A stretch of DNA of 32,000 bases from Raphidiopsis brookii D9 (GTDB taxonomy: Bacteria; Cyanobacteriota; Cyanobacteriia; Cyanobacteriales; Nostocaceae): positions 1 to 32,000 of the forward strand of contig ACYB01000027.1 of the NCBI GenBank assembly GCA_000175855.1, read 5' to 3'. Below the pieces are notes generated by a model, which worked only from the letters and a program-made list of their open reading frames with translations, was not told the DNA's origin and ran no database searches. Shown here in pieces: positions 7,186 to 16,368 of the stretch (within the stretch, counting starts at the first letter, position 1; the number at the start of each line of letters is the position of its first letter). The position numbers were made by a program, and so were the translations under genes.

Positions 7186-8904
7186 TTAAAATACTTGAGC
7201 TAAAACGAATGCAAATGCTGGGAGTTGAAGATGGATTTCTCCTGTTGATAATTTAGTTGCTTCACCAGACGTAACAACTAATATCTTTAGTTGAGTGAAA
7301 TCTCCATAACCATGGGGAGGTTTAAAACAAAAGTCAAATATGTCCTTACCCATATTCATGGCAACCAGAAAAGAATATTTTTCAGCTGGATCATGAATCA
7401 GCACGCACCGAATTCTATGATTTTCGTATAGTAAGGTGCGTCTACCATTTTTAATTAATTTATATTGCCAACGAGTTTCAGCAAGTTTGTGAATCAGTAC
7501 AAAAGTAGGGTGGTTTTTATTGTAGGGTTGAAAAGTTTTACGGTTAATTGGACCAAATTTCCAAGTACAGGCGGGATTATCAAACATATCTTCTCGTACG
7601 TAACAGTCGTGACCCATAGAATCTGGTTTTTTTTCATCCTCATGCCATCCTAATGCACCATCAAATTCTTGCTCTGTTCCTTGATAAATAGAAGGTGTTT
7701 GTGGTCCCAATATTAAACAAGCCAGAGCAAAATGTACGCGAATACGTGCTTGGTCTCGATTGTGAGTACGATGTAAAAACTCGTGGAAAACCCTGCTGGT
7801 GTCGTGGTTGTCTAGAAACATAATATTATTTTGCCAACCAGCATAATAGGAATGTGATGGTTCCAGGAACCCACAAAAATAATCTACCAAACTAGATAGC
7901 CAATTAGCATCACCCAATGAATGCTTAACTCTATAGTAGGTAGGATAATCAATCAAACCGGAAAATTTGGCCGAGTTATATTCAATCACCTCTTCGTGGG
8001 TGCTCCCCGCATGTTCAGCTATTTGCAAAAATTCTTTTTTTCCTAAAACGCTTGCATATCTTGATATTTCTTCTACGCAGGGTTCCCAAAAATCTAACCC
8101 AACGTGGCGTGCAGAGTCATAGCGAAAACCATCAATATCAGTTTCACCAATCCAGTACTTTAGATGTTGGATTAGTAATTCACGAACATAAGGGGTTTCA
8201 GTGCGCCAGTCCTCTAAAAAGCCAAATAGTCTTTGATTAACCATGTCTGTGTATTCTGGTCCATGAAATAGCAATGTATTCCTTGCTTCTATGGGAAAAG
8301 GCATAACCGCAGATTCATCACCCTGTATGTATTTGAACTCTCCCTGTGGTGGTCCACCATATTCTGGCCAGTTAATGCTATCAGCAATGTGATTAACAAT
8401 TACATCTAGAACAATGGCAATATCCAGTTCATGAGCCTTTTTGACCAGTTGACGTAAGCTGTGAATTGTACCTAAACGGGGATCAATCATCAATAAGTGA
8501 ATAGGATGATATCCATGATAGCCATCTGGAGCGTTGACGTATACGGGACTGAGAATAATTACTCTGATCCCCAGAGACTTGAGGTAATCCAAATGCTCGG
8601 TTACACCCGCAATTGTACCTCCATGACTTGAATGGGGACAAGAAAGGTCATAGTTAACTAAGCTTAAACGACTACGAATTGGATGTTTGCTGCGGGCAAA
8701 TCTATCAATCATGATAGAATAGAATAAACGTGAGTTCCAGTTTTTAGGACTGGATGTCATGGGTACAGATGGTTTTGGTCCGTAAACATGGTGATTATTA
8801 ACCATTCCCAAAAATACGGAGGGAATCTCTTTCATGGAGCGAGGAGCTTCATCGCAAACAAAACAAAAAATGGGATATTTCACTGATATGTTCAACGCCA
8901 TCAA
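7186..8904 (-). CDS. GH13 alpha-amylase-family glycoside hydrolase (catalytic part; gene appears to continue upstream through two frameshifts)
   Basis: GH13 conserved regions I-IV are present: DVIVNH, GFRYDSARH, LQIAEH, FLDNHD, with the catalytic Asp/Glu/Asp intact. The ORF-track start (TTG at 8904) is arbitrary. Confidence 0.85.
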   Translation of the reverse strand: MMALNISVKYPIFCFVCDEAPRSMKEIPSVFLGMVNNHHVYGPKPSVPMTSSPKNWNSRLFYSIMIDRFARSKHPIRSRLSLVNYDLSCPHSSHGGTIAGVTEHLDYLKSLGIRVIILSPVYVNAPDGYHGYHPIHLLMIDPRLGTIHSLRQLVKKAHELDIAIVLDVIVNHIADSINWPEYGGPPQGEFKYIQGDESAVMPFPIEARNTLLFHGPEYTDMVNQRLFGFLEDWRTETPYVRELLIQHLKYWIGETDIDGFRYDSARHVGLDFWEPCVEEISRYASVLGKKEFLQIAEHAGSTHEEVIEYNSAKFSGLIDYPTYYRVKHSLGDANWLSSLVDYFCGFLEPSHSYYAGWQNNIMFLDNHDTSRVFHEFLHRTHNRDQARIRVHFALACLILGPQTPSIYQGTEQEFDGALGWHEDEKKPDSMGHDCYVREDMFDNPACTWKFGPINRKTFQPYNKNHPTFVLIHKLAETRWQYKLIKNGRRTLLYENHRIRCVLIHDPAEKYSFLVAMNMGKDIFDFCFKPPHGYGDFTQLKILVVTSGEATKLSTGEIHLQLPAFAFVLAQVF

Positions 8905-8916
8905 TATCTATGTAAC

Positions 8917-9198
8917 CTACTCTATACTGATATCCCCCACCATTACCAATAGGGGAAGAATAACTGAAAACATCTTGAAGCCATTTTCAATTATGCCTTC
9001 CGTTTGTGTTGTAATGCGATCTATATCACAATACCCCTTTCCATCATTCAACTCATAAACTACCTGTCCAAAATCCGGATGTTTAGACACATGAACTCCA
9101 AAGGTAATAGAGATTTTTTCTTGATTTCTAAACACCCAGTTATAGGGTGCAATATCTGGATCTAAGTGTACTTCACAGTATTCATCAAAATAGTGCAT
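8917..9198 (-). pseudogene. probable N-terminal portion of the GH13 gene, separated from it by two homopolymer frameshifts
   Basis: It is in the same frame as 7186..8904 (9198 and 8904 are both 0 mod 3). Between 8871 and 8966 a different frame is open and reads FSYSSPIGNGGGYQYRVGYIDIDGVEHISEISHF. Changing A4 (8967-8970) to A5 and A6 (8865-8870) to A5 gives one continuous 670-codon ORF, 7186..9198. Confidence 0.5.
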
Positions 9199-9385
9199 GG
9201 TCAGAACTGGATTTACTAACAGTGTTTAGGTATTGCATATTTGCGGGATGATTTAAGATTTTCTCCTAATTTGAAAAATTTCTCTTTTGTTCCTCGCGGC
9301 GATCGCCTGCTAAAAATTCTTCCGCTCATTATATATCATCCTGTGCAGGTGCAACGCCTGGAAAATCTATGGTGACTGAGAATTC

Positions 9386-10735
9386 TCATTGGGTTCTTAC
9401 GTCGTTCATTTTTAGAACATCATTTAAAATTTGCTCATTGTTATTATCTCGGAAATAAAAATAATTGTACAAACAGATGGATATCGATAACATTATCATT
9501 CCCTCTATAATCATCAAAAATCCAACACCTCGACCTGGACCTGTGGCAATTAATTTGCCAATACTATTGGCAAGTATGCCATTAACATGCAGCATGGGCT
9601 CTAAAAATTTATCCGTTAGTGGACTGGCACTAAGATTACCAATAGCCACACCTAAGCCCACAGAAGTATGTAGAAATGAAAGCACTCGCCCTTGCACATT
9701 TGGATCAACGCTATTTTGCCAAATCGCACTGTTGTATCCTAAAACTAGGGGTAGGGTAAAGAAGGTAATAAACATACCCAGAGCTATAATTGAAACAGAA
9801 GGTTGGAATCCGGAAATTATTAGACCAATACCATTGAATGCGCTAAAAATGAATAGGGTGGAAATAGGCTTTTTACTTCCGCCCCAAAAGGTCATAAATA
9901 AGCTCCCAAGAATCATTCCACAGCCAGCAATCGACATAACAATGCCAAAATTTTGAGGGGAAGAAAAGGACAAGATTAGGGGATTAATCAAAACATTAGT
10001 CATACCGTCTAAAAAGAAATACAGTGTCATAAACATCAGTAAAATAATCAAAAAAATTTGTGATGAAATATTTTGCCAACCATCCACAATTTCATGAATA
10101 ATGGTAGAAAAACCTAGCCTGGATTTGATACTTCTTTCTGGTTCAGGGATATGAATGATTAAAAGAGTAAACAAACCAATAAAATAGGTACATAGATCAA
10201 TTATCAACAAGCCTTTAATTTGGATAATAGCAATAAGTATGGCCGCTAAAATCGGTGCGCCCAGTTGTCCTATGGCTGTGCTAAGATGAACCAATCCGTT
10301 GGCTCTTACAAGGTCATCTTTTTTCACCATCATTGGTAGGGCCGATCCCTTAGAAATCATTTGAAAAGAACCACAAACGGATGTAAAAAATGCTGTTATG
10401 TAGGTATGCCAAATTTGTAAGTTATCTGTTGCAATAAGCACTATGAGTACTAGAGTTACGGTAGCTGCGGCTAGGTCACTAAAAATTATGGTCCATTTAC
10501 GATTCGACCTATCCACTAATGCACCAACAAAGGGCGTGATTACTACTCCAGGTAGGGTTGTAAAAAACACGATTAAACTCAATCCCGCAACTTCGTGGGT
10601 GTTTTGATAAACCCAGATACCCAAACCAAAACCTGTCAAACGATTCCCAATTTCTGACAAAGATTGCCCTAACCAGAAAATAATAAATCTACGTAATTCA
10701 CCTACTATTAGTACCAGGTTAGTAGCATAGTCCAT
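9386..10735 (-). CDS. MFS transporter (EntS/MFS_3-like exporter)
   Basis: 449 aa, hydrophobic throughout with about 12 helices. The N-terminal LGQSLSEIGNRLTGFGLGIWVY is typical of the MFS_3 / enterobactin-exporter-like subfamily (from memory). Confidence 0.75.
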   Translation of the reverse strand: MDYATNLVLIVGELRRFIIFWLGQSLSEIGNRLTGFGLGIWVYQNTHEVAGLSLIVFFTTLPGVVITPFVGALVDRSNRKWTIIFSDLAAATVTLVLIVLIATDNLQIWHTYITAFFTSVCGSFQMISKGSALPMMVKKDDLVRANGLVHLSTAIGQLGAPILAAILIAIIQIKGLLIIDLCTYFIGLFTLLIIHIPEPERSIKSRLGFSTIIHEIVDGWQNISSQIFLIILLMFMTLYFFLDGMTNVLINPLILSFSSPQNFGIVMSIAGCGMILGSLFMTFWGGSKKPISTLFIFSAFNGIGLIISGFQPSVSIIALGMFITFFTLPLVLGYNSAIWQNSVDPNVQGRVLSFLHTSVGLGVAIGNLSASPLTDKFLEPMLHVNGILANSIGKLIATGPGRGVGFLMIIEGMIMLSISICLYNYFYFRDNNNEQILNDVLKMNDVRTQ

Positions 10736-10830
10736 AGATTTTCCTGTTATCTCCCCTTCTTTATTACAATACTATTGCCAATTTTTCTGGGTTCTCCGAT
10801 CTGGGATGCGCTATCCCGTTTAGGTTAGTA

Positions 10831-11859
10831 TTATTCTCGTGGTAGTGCATTAGCAACTACGACCATATCAATTAAATGTAATTTTTTTAATGTTTCATTT
10901 TGATTTACCTGTTGTTCAAGTTCCAAGATTTCCTCTACACTCTCAATTGGTTTAATTGGTCGATAGAGCCGAGCTTGAATTTGGGGATATTCAATATATG
11001 TGCCACCTTCCATAGTTTTATGTGTATAAAACTGGGAGTGGTAAGCTTCCCATTTCTTGATGGTAAATAGGGGTGTTGTGGGCAGTTGATAAAGTGCTGA
11101 TTCCGACTTGAATTCCTCTAAAAATATTGGTTGTAATCTAGGATTAAAGGGATTATCTAGGATAGTTTCTAACATTTCAAAAGGTATATATCTAACTCCT
11201 AATCCTGCACCTAAACCATTCTTACAAATTTTGGCAAATTCCGAGCGCGTAATTAAAACATGTTGATGAGCAAACTCCTTCTGGGCACGGATATGATAGA
11301 GGACGGGAGATTTACAAGCAAATATCACTAAAGAACCATTTGGCTTAAGGAAATTATAAAAAGCCGCAATACTTTCTTGGATAACATCTAAACAAATATG
11401 CTCAAAAATGTGGGAACAAACGATCAGGTCAAAAGGCCCATATTGGGCAATATCTGGACTTTGCATCACTTCATTGACAACATGGACTTTCTCACTATTG
11501 AGATGTGATGTATAAGCCAATAAGTTATTGTATTCCTGAGTTAGCCAAAAACCGTCATCTTTTAATTTTTTCAATAGTTCCTGATCATCATTCAGTAGAC
11601 ACTGAGCGACTAAGGAAGTGTGTAGAAATCTCCGGTGGTCAGGTTCGACTAAAACAATCTTTTTGGCTGTCCAAAAACGCGGTAGTAATCTGCCCAGTCC
11701 ACACCCAGCATCCAGAATAACTGCATCAGGGGTAATCAAGTCTTGAATGTTGTTGGACCAAACTTCCTGATCTCTGGCTTTCCAGGCTTGATGAGTAATA
11801 TCTGTAACCCGCTGGTATGGGTCAACTGTTTCATACACTGTAGCAGTAATCTTTTCCAT
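10831..11859 (-). CDS. class I SAM-dependent methyltransferase with unassigned ~140-aa C-terminal extension
   Basis: Motif I VILDAGCGLGRL, an acidic post-I LVEPD, and FDLIVCSHIFEH. The substrate is not inferable. Confidence 0.7.
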   Translation of the reverse strand: MEKITATVYETVDPYQRVTDITHQAWKARDQEVWSNNIQDLITPDAVILDAGCGLGRLLPRFWTAKKIVLVEPDHRRFLHTSLVAQCLLNDDQELLKKLKDDGFWLTQEYNNLLAYTSHLNSEKVHVVNEVMQSPDIAQYGPFDLIVCSHIFEHICLDVIQESIAAFYNFLKPNGSLVIFACKSPVLYHIRAQKEFAHQHVLITRSEFAKICKNGLGAGLGVRYIPFEMLETILDNPFNPRLQPIFLEEFKSESALYQLPTTPLFTIKKWEAYHSQFYTHKTMEGGTYIEYPQIQARLYRPIKPIESVEEILELEQQVNQNETLKKLHLIDMVVVANALPRE

Positions 11860-11957
11860 AATCTATACCTCAATAAAACTCCAAAAAAACTATTGGTAAT
11901 AGGTAATTACAACGATTATTGCCATTATAACACTGATATATAACATTGATAAAAGTG

Positions 11958-13352
11958 CTAACTTTCTCCCCCGACGACCACATCTCGAATCCTTAAACTA
12001 GGTCCACCACAACCTACGGGTAACCCATTCTGTCCCCCCTTACCACATCCACCAGATTCATCCCAGTGAAAATCATCCCCAATTCCTTCTATATCTGCTA
12101 AAGTCTGAAAAACATTGCCGGATAGGGTTACATCTTTTACCGGTTCCGCTATTGCTCCATTTCTAATCATCCATGCTTCACCTGCACTAAACGTAAACAT
12201 TTCTCCATTGGTCATTCCTCCTAACCAATTCCGTGCATATACTCCTTCTTTAATATCTGTAAATAAATCTACCACTGGTGTTTTACCTCTTTCTATCCAA
12301 GTGTTGGTCATCCGCACAATAGGGGAAAAATGATAGTCTAAACAACGAGCATTACCCGTGGGTTTTTCTCCCAATTTACCCGCAGTTTCACGGGAGTGCA
12401 AACGTCCTACTAATACCCCATCCTCAATTAATTGGGTGGTTGTGGCGGGCGTTCCCTCATCATCGTACAAATAACTACCCCGATGACCTGGAGATCCTGC
12501 ACCATCAAAAATTTGTAGTTCCTCTGGACCAAAACGTCTCCCCAAGGTCATCACTTCCAGTAAATCTGGATTCTCATAGGCCATGTCCGCTTCTGAAAGA
12601 TGACCGAAGGCTTCATGCACAAATAATCCTGTCAGTATGGGGTCAATAACTACAGTGTAGGTGTTACCTTTGACTGGTGGTAGAGATAAGGCCGTGACTG
12701 CTCTTTGGGCAGCTCCTTGTACTAAAGTGTCTAAATTGACTAAGTCATCATAATCTTTACGTGAACCTACTGTTTCTCTCCCAGTTTGTACTGTGTCCCC
12801 ATTCCTGGCTGTGGCAGCAAATCTCATTTCCATATCTACCCATGACTGCTCTATTAGGGTTCCTTCAGAAGTGGCAATTATTACTTTCTGACTACTATCG
12901 TTGTAACGAACGGATGTGGTCGTGATCCGAGAATCAACGCCCTTTAGTATTTCCCGGTAGCGATCGCATAATTGTTTTTTCTTTTTTAAAGGAACCGTGG
13001 ATGGGTCAATACCAGTTATGCCTAGTTTGTAAGTGGATTGAATAACAGGAATAGGAGCGAGAATGGTCTGTTCATCTCCGACTGTGCGTGCTGCGGAGAT
13101 AGCTTCTTGAATGCGTTCTTCAATATCGGCAATGTGGTTGAAGCTAGTTAAACCCCAACCACCTTTATGACAAGCCCGAACATGGGCACCCATGGAAACG
13201 CCTTCGCTAAGAGTTTCTACTTTATCACCTCGCAACAAGATATCGGTTCCCTCTGCTTCTTCCAGTCGAATCATTAAGTAGTCAACCTGATTTTTATAGC
13301 GAGCAATCAGGTAGTTAAGCAAATCATGGGTGTCCTTGGTTAGTCTAAACAT
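11958..13352 (-). CDS. tldD: TldD-family metalloprotease
   Basis: 464 aa with the HEAFGHLSEAD metal-binding motif and TldD/PmbA-family similarity throughout, including the C-terminal GGxGKGGQ..PVG..GP. Confidence 0.9.
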   Translation of the reverse strand: MFRLTKDTHDLLNYLIARYKNQVDYLMIRLEEAEGTDILLRGDKVETLSEGVSMGAHVRACHKGGWGLTSFNHIADIEERIQEAISAARTVGDEQTILAPIPVIQSTYKLGITGIDPSTVPLKKKKQLCDRYREILKGVDSRITTTSVRYNDSSQKVIIATSEGTLIEQSWVDMEMRFAATARNGDTVQTGRETVGSRKDYDDLVNLDTLVQGAAQRAVTALSLPPVKGNTYTVVIDPILTGLFVHEAFGHLSEADMAYENPDLLEVMTLGRRFGPEELQIFDGAGSPGHRGSYLYDDEGTPATTTQLIEDGVLVGRLHSRETAGKLGEKPTGNARCLDYHFSPIVRMTNTWIERGKTPVVDLFTDIKEGVYARNWLGGMTNGEMFTFSAGEAWMIRNGAIAEPVKDVTLSGNVFQTLADIEGIGDDFHWDESGGCGKGGQNGLPVGCGGPSLRIRDVVVGGES

Positions 13353-13388
13353 CTTTCTAGTTTTGTTTATAAGCTTGGCTATAATTAT

Positions 13389-13827
13389 TCAACCATCTTG
13401 ATCACTGTTAGGTCTAAAAACATATTTTTCAGCCACCTTCCAATAACGGGAAAATCTTTTCAGGTCAAGAAAACCATCATAATCAAAAAAGGGTTCCACT
13501 GCTAATACTTCCAAATCTAAATGGGGGCGAATCAAATCGCAAATTTGTGCAAATTTGGGACTGGGGCTCTTAGTAGTGATAACTAAACCAGTATTGTTTT
13601 CTCTGGCAAATCTAATCACTTCCTGTGCTACATCTCCCCGACGAATTTCCACTGGTAACTCTATTAGACATTCATAAATGAAAGTTATTCTTTTTAAACT
13701 AAGTTGCCATTCTGCAATTAAAAGCATCATCCCAGACCCAAATTGCTGAACTACCAGGATATTTCTTGAAAGCAGGACTATGGGGACTTAAACAGTCTCC
13801 GTTAACCCAAACTATTGGTTGATTCAT
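13389..13827 (-). pseudogene. small hypothetical protein of unassigned family (~145 aa) interrupted by a 1-nt homopolymer frameshift
   Basis: ATG at 13827, 16 nt after the HAD gene stop, opens MNQPIVWVNGDCLSPHSPAFKKYPGSSAIWVWDDAF*, with the stop at 13717-13719. ORF 13389..13730 continues in another frame as LLIAEWQLSLKRITFIYECL... Shortening the A4 run at 13720-13723 to A3 joins them as ...WVWDDALIAEWQLSLKR... Confidence 0.5.
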
Positions 13828-13842
13828 ATTCAATTAAATATA

Positions 13843-14655
13843 CTAAATATATATATTTACTAATTCAGCGGTTTTGGATGGTGTCAACTCCTGAACATTG
13901 GTCAACAGTATATTTGCACCTGCTTGCAGCATAATTTTCTGATAAGCATCTCTACGGGATGGAGTTTCCTGAACATGGGGTGGTAAAACTCCTACAGATA
14001 CCCAGGTTCGAGAACTGTCCAAAATTTTGGCTTTGGCTACAGTGTGCATATCCGCTACTGTATCCCCTACATATATAACCGGTTGTTTTTTGTTTTGGTC
14101 TTGTTTGGCAATTTCTAAAAGATTAATGGTAGCGAAAAGTCCTGTAGGGTCAGGTTTACCAGGTGCATCTTCCATGGCGATTAAAACTGGAGATTTTAAA
14201 CCTAAGCGACGCTCCAACACATAACTAGCAGATCCACGAGTTGCACCACTAAAAAATCCCCAGCTGATATTTGCCTGGGTCAGGGACTCCAAATAACTTG
14301 GTTCTAATAATAGGGGTTCATCACAAATATAACCATTCCAGTTTTCTGTGTCAGTACCGCGATAACGAGATTGAAAATAGGCAACAATGCTCTCATAATC
14401 TAATTGTAACTCTTCCCTTTGGTAACCCTGACTCACAAAATAACGGTAAATCAACTCTTGGGAACCCTCCCAATCATTGTTCCATATCCCCTCAGATTTG
14501 AGGTCGTCAATATCCGTAACCGTAGGACGATAGGCATAGTTAGTAAAATATTCTACTGTATCTGCCAAAGCACGGCGGTAAGAACCACTCACATCCCGAA
14601 TTACACCATCAATGTCAAAAACAATTATCATAATTAAGCTAAGAGCTAAATACAT
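13843..14655 (-). CDS. HAD-superfamily hydrolase (subfamily IA-like)
   Basis: Motif I VFDIDGVIRD (DxDG) and motif IV YVGDTVADM. The true start may be the internal MIIVFDIDG methionine. Confidence 0.8.
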   Translation of the reverse strand: MYLALSLIMIIVFDIDGVIRDVSGSYRRALADTVEYFTNYAYRPTVTDIDDLKSEGIWNNDWEGSQELIYRYFVSQGYQREELQLDYESIVAYFQSRYRGTDTENWNGYICDEPLLLEPSYLESLTQANISWGFFSGATRGSASYVLERRLGLKSPVLIAMEDAPGKPDPTGLFATINLLEIAKQDQNKKQPVIYVGDTVADMHTVAKAKILDSSRTWVSVGVLPPHVQETPSRRDAYQKIMLQAGANILLTNVQELTPSKTAELVNIYI

Positions 14656-14815
14656 TAAATCAAATTATTAGATTATCTGGCAACTTTGCACAAATGGGGA
14701 TCTTTGTCAAGACCAGATATTTGGGTGGAAACAAAAATATTGGCGTTGCAGAACATCTGATATTATGTATACGTAGCCAGGCGAAAACTATAAAATTAAA
14801 TTAAGGTGTGGAAAC

Positions 14816-15337
14816 ATGTTTAAAGTTTACCCTAAGCAGCTATTAACCTACTACTTCGAGGAACAATTTAGGTACTACCATTTGGTTTTTCTAGGGTTAC
14901 TAGCATTATCAGGAGTATACTCAATTAGCTACCTCAGGGGGCAAAATCAAGTTAAAAGTTCATTCAATCCTCCATCTGTACAGGTAGCTAAAGTGGTGAC
15001 AAACAGACCCAGTTCCATAAAGGTTGCCAGACCTGTCGTGAAGATCAATAAACAAAAAGCGGTCAAAGCTGTTTGGAATTTACGACAAGTACAACGGAAA
15101 GCCAAGGAGATTAAAACCCTTTCCCAGGGAGCTATTAATGTGGGTGTAGTTGTTAGCAGCTATCCAAAAATTAGTCAACCATTTTACACTGTCAAAGTGT
15201 TAGAAAATCACCCTGACAGCACCACCAGTCCGGTTTATTGGTTTCGAGTTTCCAGCTCTAATGGTGCAATTCAACCCCTAGATTTAGTAAGTAATAAATA
15301 CACAACTTTGGCAAACTGGAATCCCGATGGTATTTAA
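14816..15337 (+). CDS. hypothetical membrane-anchored protein
   Basis: 173-codon ORF with one N-terminal hydrophobic helix (LVFLGLLALSGVYSISYL). No recognisable domain. Confidence 0.45.
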   Translation: MFKVYPKQLLTYYFEEQFRYYHLVFLGLLALSGVYSISYLRGQNQVKSSFNPPSVQVAKVVTNRPSSIKVARPVVKINKQKAVKAVWNLRQVQRKAKEIKTLSQGAINVGVVVSSYPKISQPFYTVKVLENHPDSTTSPVYWFRVSSSNGAIQPLDLVSNKYTTLANWNPDGI

Positions 15338-15421
15338 CTAACTAATTCCTGACCACTTTCAGCCTTTGAGTAATCATGGTAACACCATCATCGCGAACGA
15401 TGACGGCAGAAATCCATTGGT

Positions 15422-16132
15422 TTACTGGTTGTAAGGGAGCAGTGCCAGTTTTAAATAACCCCCCGTACTAAGTAATTCCAAGTTTATTGGTGTAGGATTA
15501 AGATACTTATTAGGTTTAATAGTTTCTTCCATAGCGGTTCCCAGGAGGAAGTTATTACCTAATGGCTCCTTTACAATGGCATCAAAAGCATATTTTTCAC
15601 CCACCTTCACTTGTTGTGGTAACCTAAATTCCACCTGGGGAGGTTTTTTACCCGATGTCATTTGAGTTCGTTCTGACAAAATTTCTTGATGGGTAATTTG
15701 TGTACCCCTAATGTGCTGTCTTGAAGTGATAGCTGCATTTATGGCAAGAGGACTAGTCTTGTCGGAGGATAGACCCGTAATCCGGGTTACAGTTTCTGCA
15801 ATGATAGTCTTACCATTTGACTTCCAGGATTGTAATTTTGTCTGATAGCTCAATTTAGGGTATCTTTGCCAAAAGGATTTTAAAGACTGCTCCATAGCTT
15901 GTCGAGTTAATCCATCCCCATGGGTAAATTTGGAACTATAAAATCCCATGACTCCCTTGATGTCACCACGACTGGAAGCAGCATCAATTTCAGCAATCAG
16001 CTTTTTCAGTTGGGGGGGTGCATTACCTGGGGTTGATGTTTGTGTTTGTGCGTATGCACAACTAACTATATCCAGACTCAACCAGAATGAGAACAAAGCA
16101 GTACTAAAGAGTAGTTTTTGGTTTGGGTGCAT
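15422..16132 (-). CDS. secreted NTF2/SnoaL-like hypothetical protein; C-terminus probably altered by a frameshift (reconstructed gene 15342..16132)
   Basis: Signal peptide MHPNQKLLFSTALFSFWLSLDIVSCAYA-QT. If the C6 run at 15459-15464 is read as C7, the tail becomes STGGLFKTGTAPLQPVNQWISAVIVRDDGVTMITQRLKVVRN*, with the stop at 15342-15344. This looks more protein-like than the present 15-codon tail. Confidence 0.6.
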   Translation of the reverse strand: MHPNQKLLFSTALFSFWLSLDIVSCAYAQTQTSTPGNAPPQLKKLIAEIDAASSRGDIKGVMGFYSSKFTHGDGLTRQAMEQSLKSFWQRYPKLSYQTKLQSWKSNGKTIIAETVTRITGLSSDKTSPLAINAAITSRQHIRGTQITHQEILSERTQMTSGKKPPQVEFRLPQQVKVGEKYAFDAIVKEPLGNNFLLGTAMEETIKPNKYLNPTPINLELLSTGGYLKLALLPYNQ

Positions 16133-16368
16133 GAATAAACCAACAATTCAAATAAGTCTAGTGAGTTTAGTTAACAATAGCTAACAAGAGCTACTAATAA
16201 TAGTTTACTAAGTTGTCCGTGAGATGGGAAAATTCTGCGTTAAATAACAGGATATATTGCCATCCCTGTTGTATCCCATTGTAGGATCCAATTATAGGGT
16301 GCAATCAAAAAAAATGCAGTAACTACAAAAAAATCTCAGGAATAAACAGTATAACGGTATAAATTACT

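Noticed and set aside
8908-8919. Two in-frame TAG codons between the GH13 pieces as stop-codon readthrough or pyrrolysine
   Set aside because: There are two TAGs within four codons. A third frame is open and protein-like across the interval, so a double homopolymer frameshift explains the pattern better.
9465-9956. 163-codon plus-strand ORF inside the MFS gene (and similar antisense ORFs at 12115, 14027, 19119, 28451 etc.)
   Set aside because: They lie antisense to well-supported genes, have odd composition and no motifs. These are typical shadow ORFs.
14005-14013. GGTTCGAGA, a tRNA T-arm-like word
   Set aside because: It lies inside the HAD hydrolase coding frame, and no acceptor or anticodon stems can be drawn around it. 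I found no tRNA anywhere in the window.
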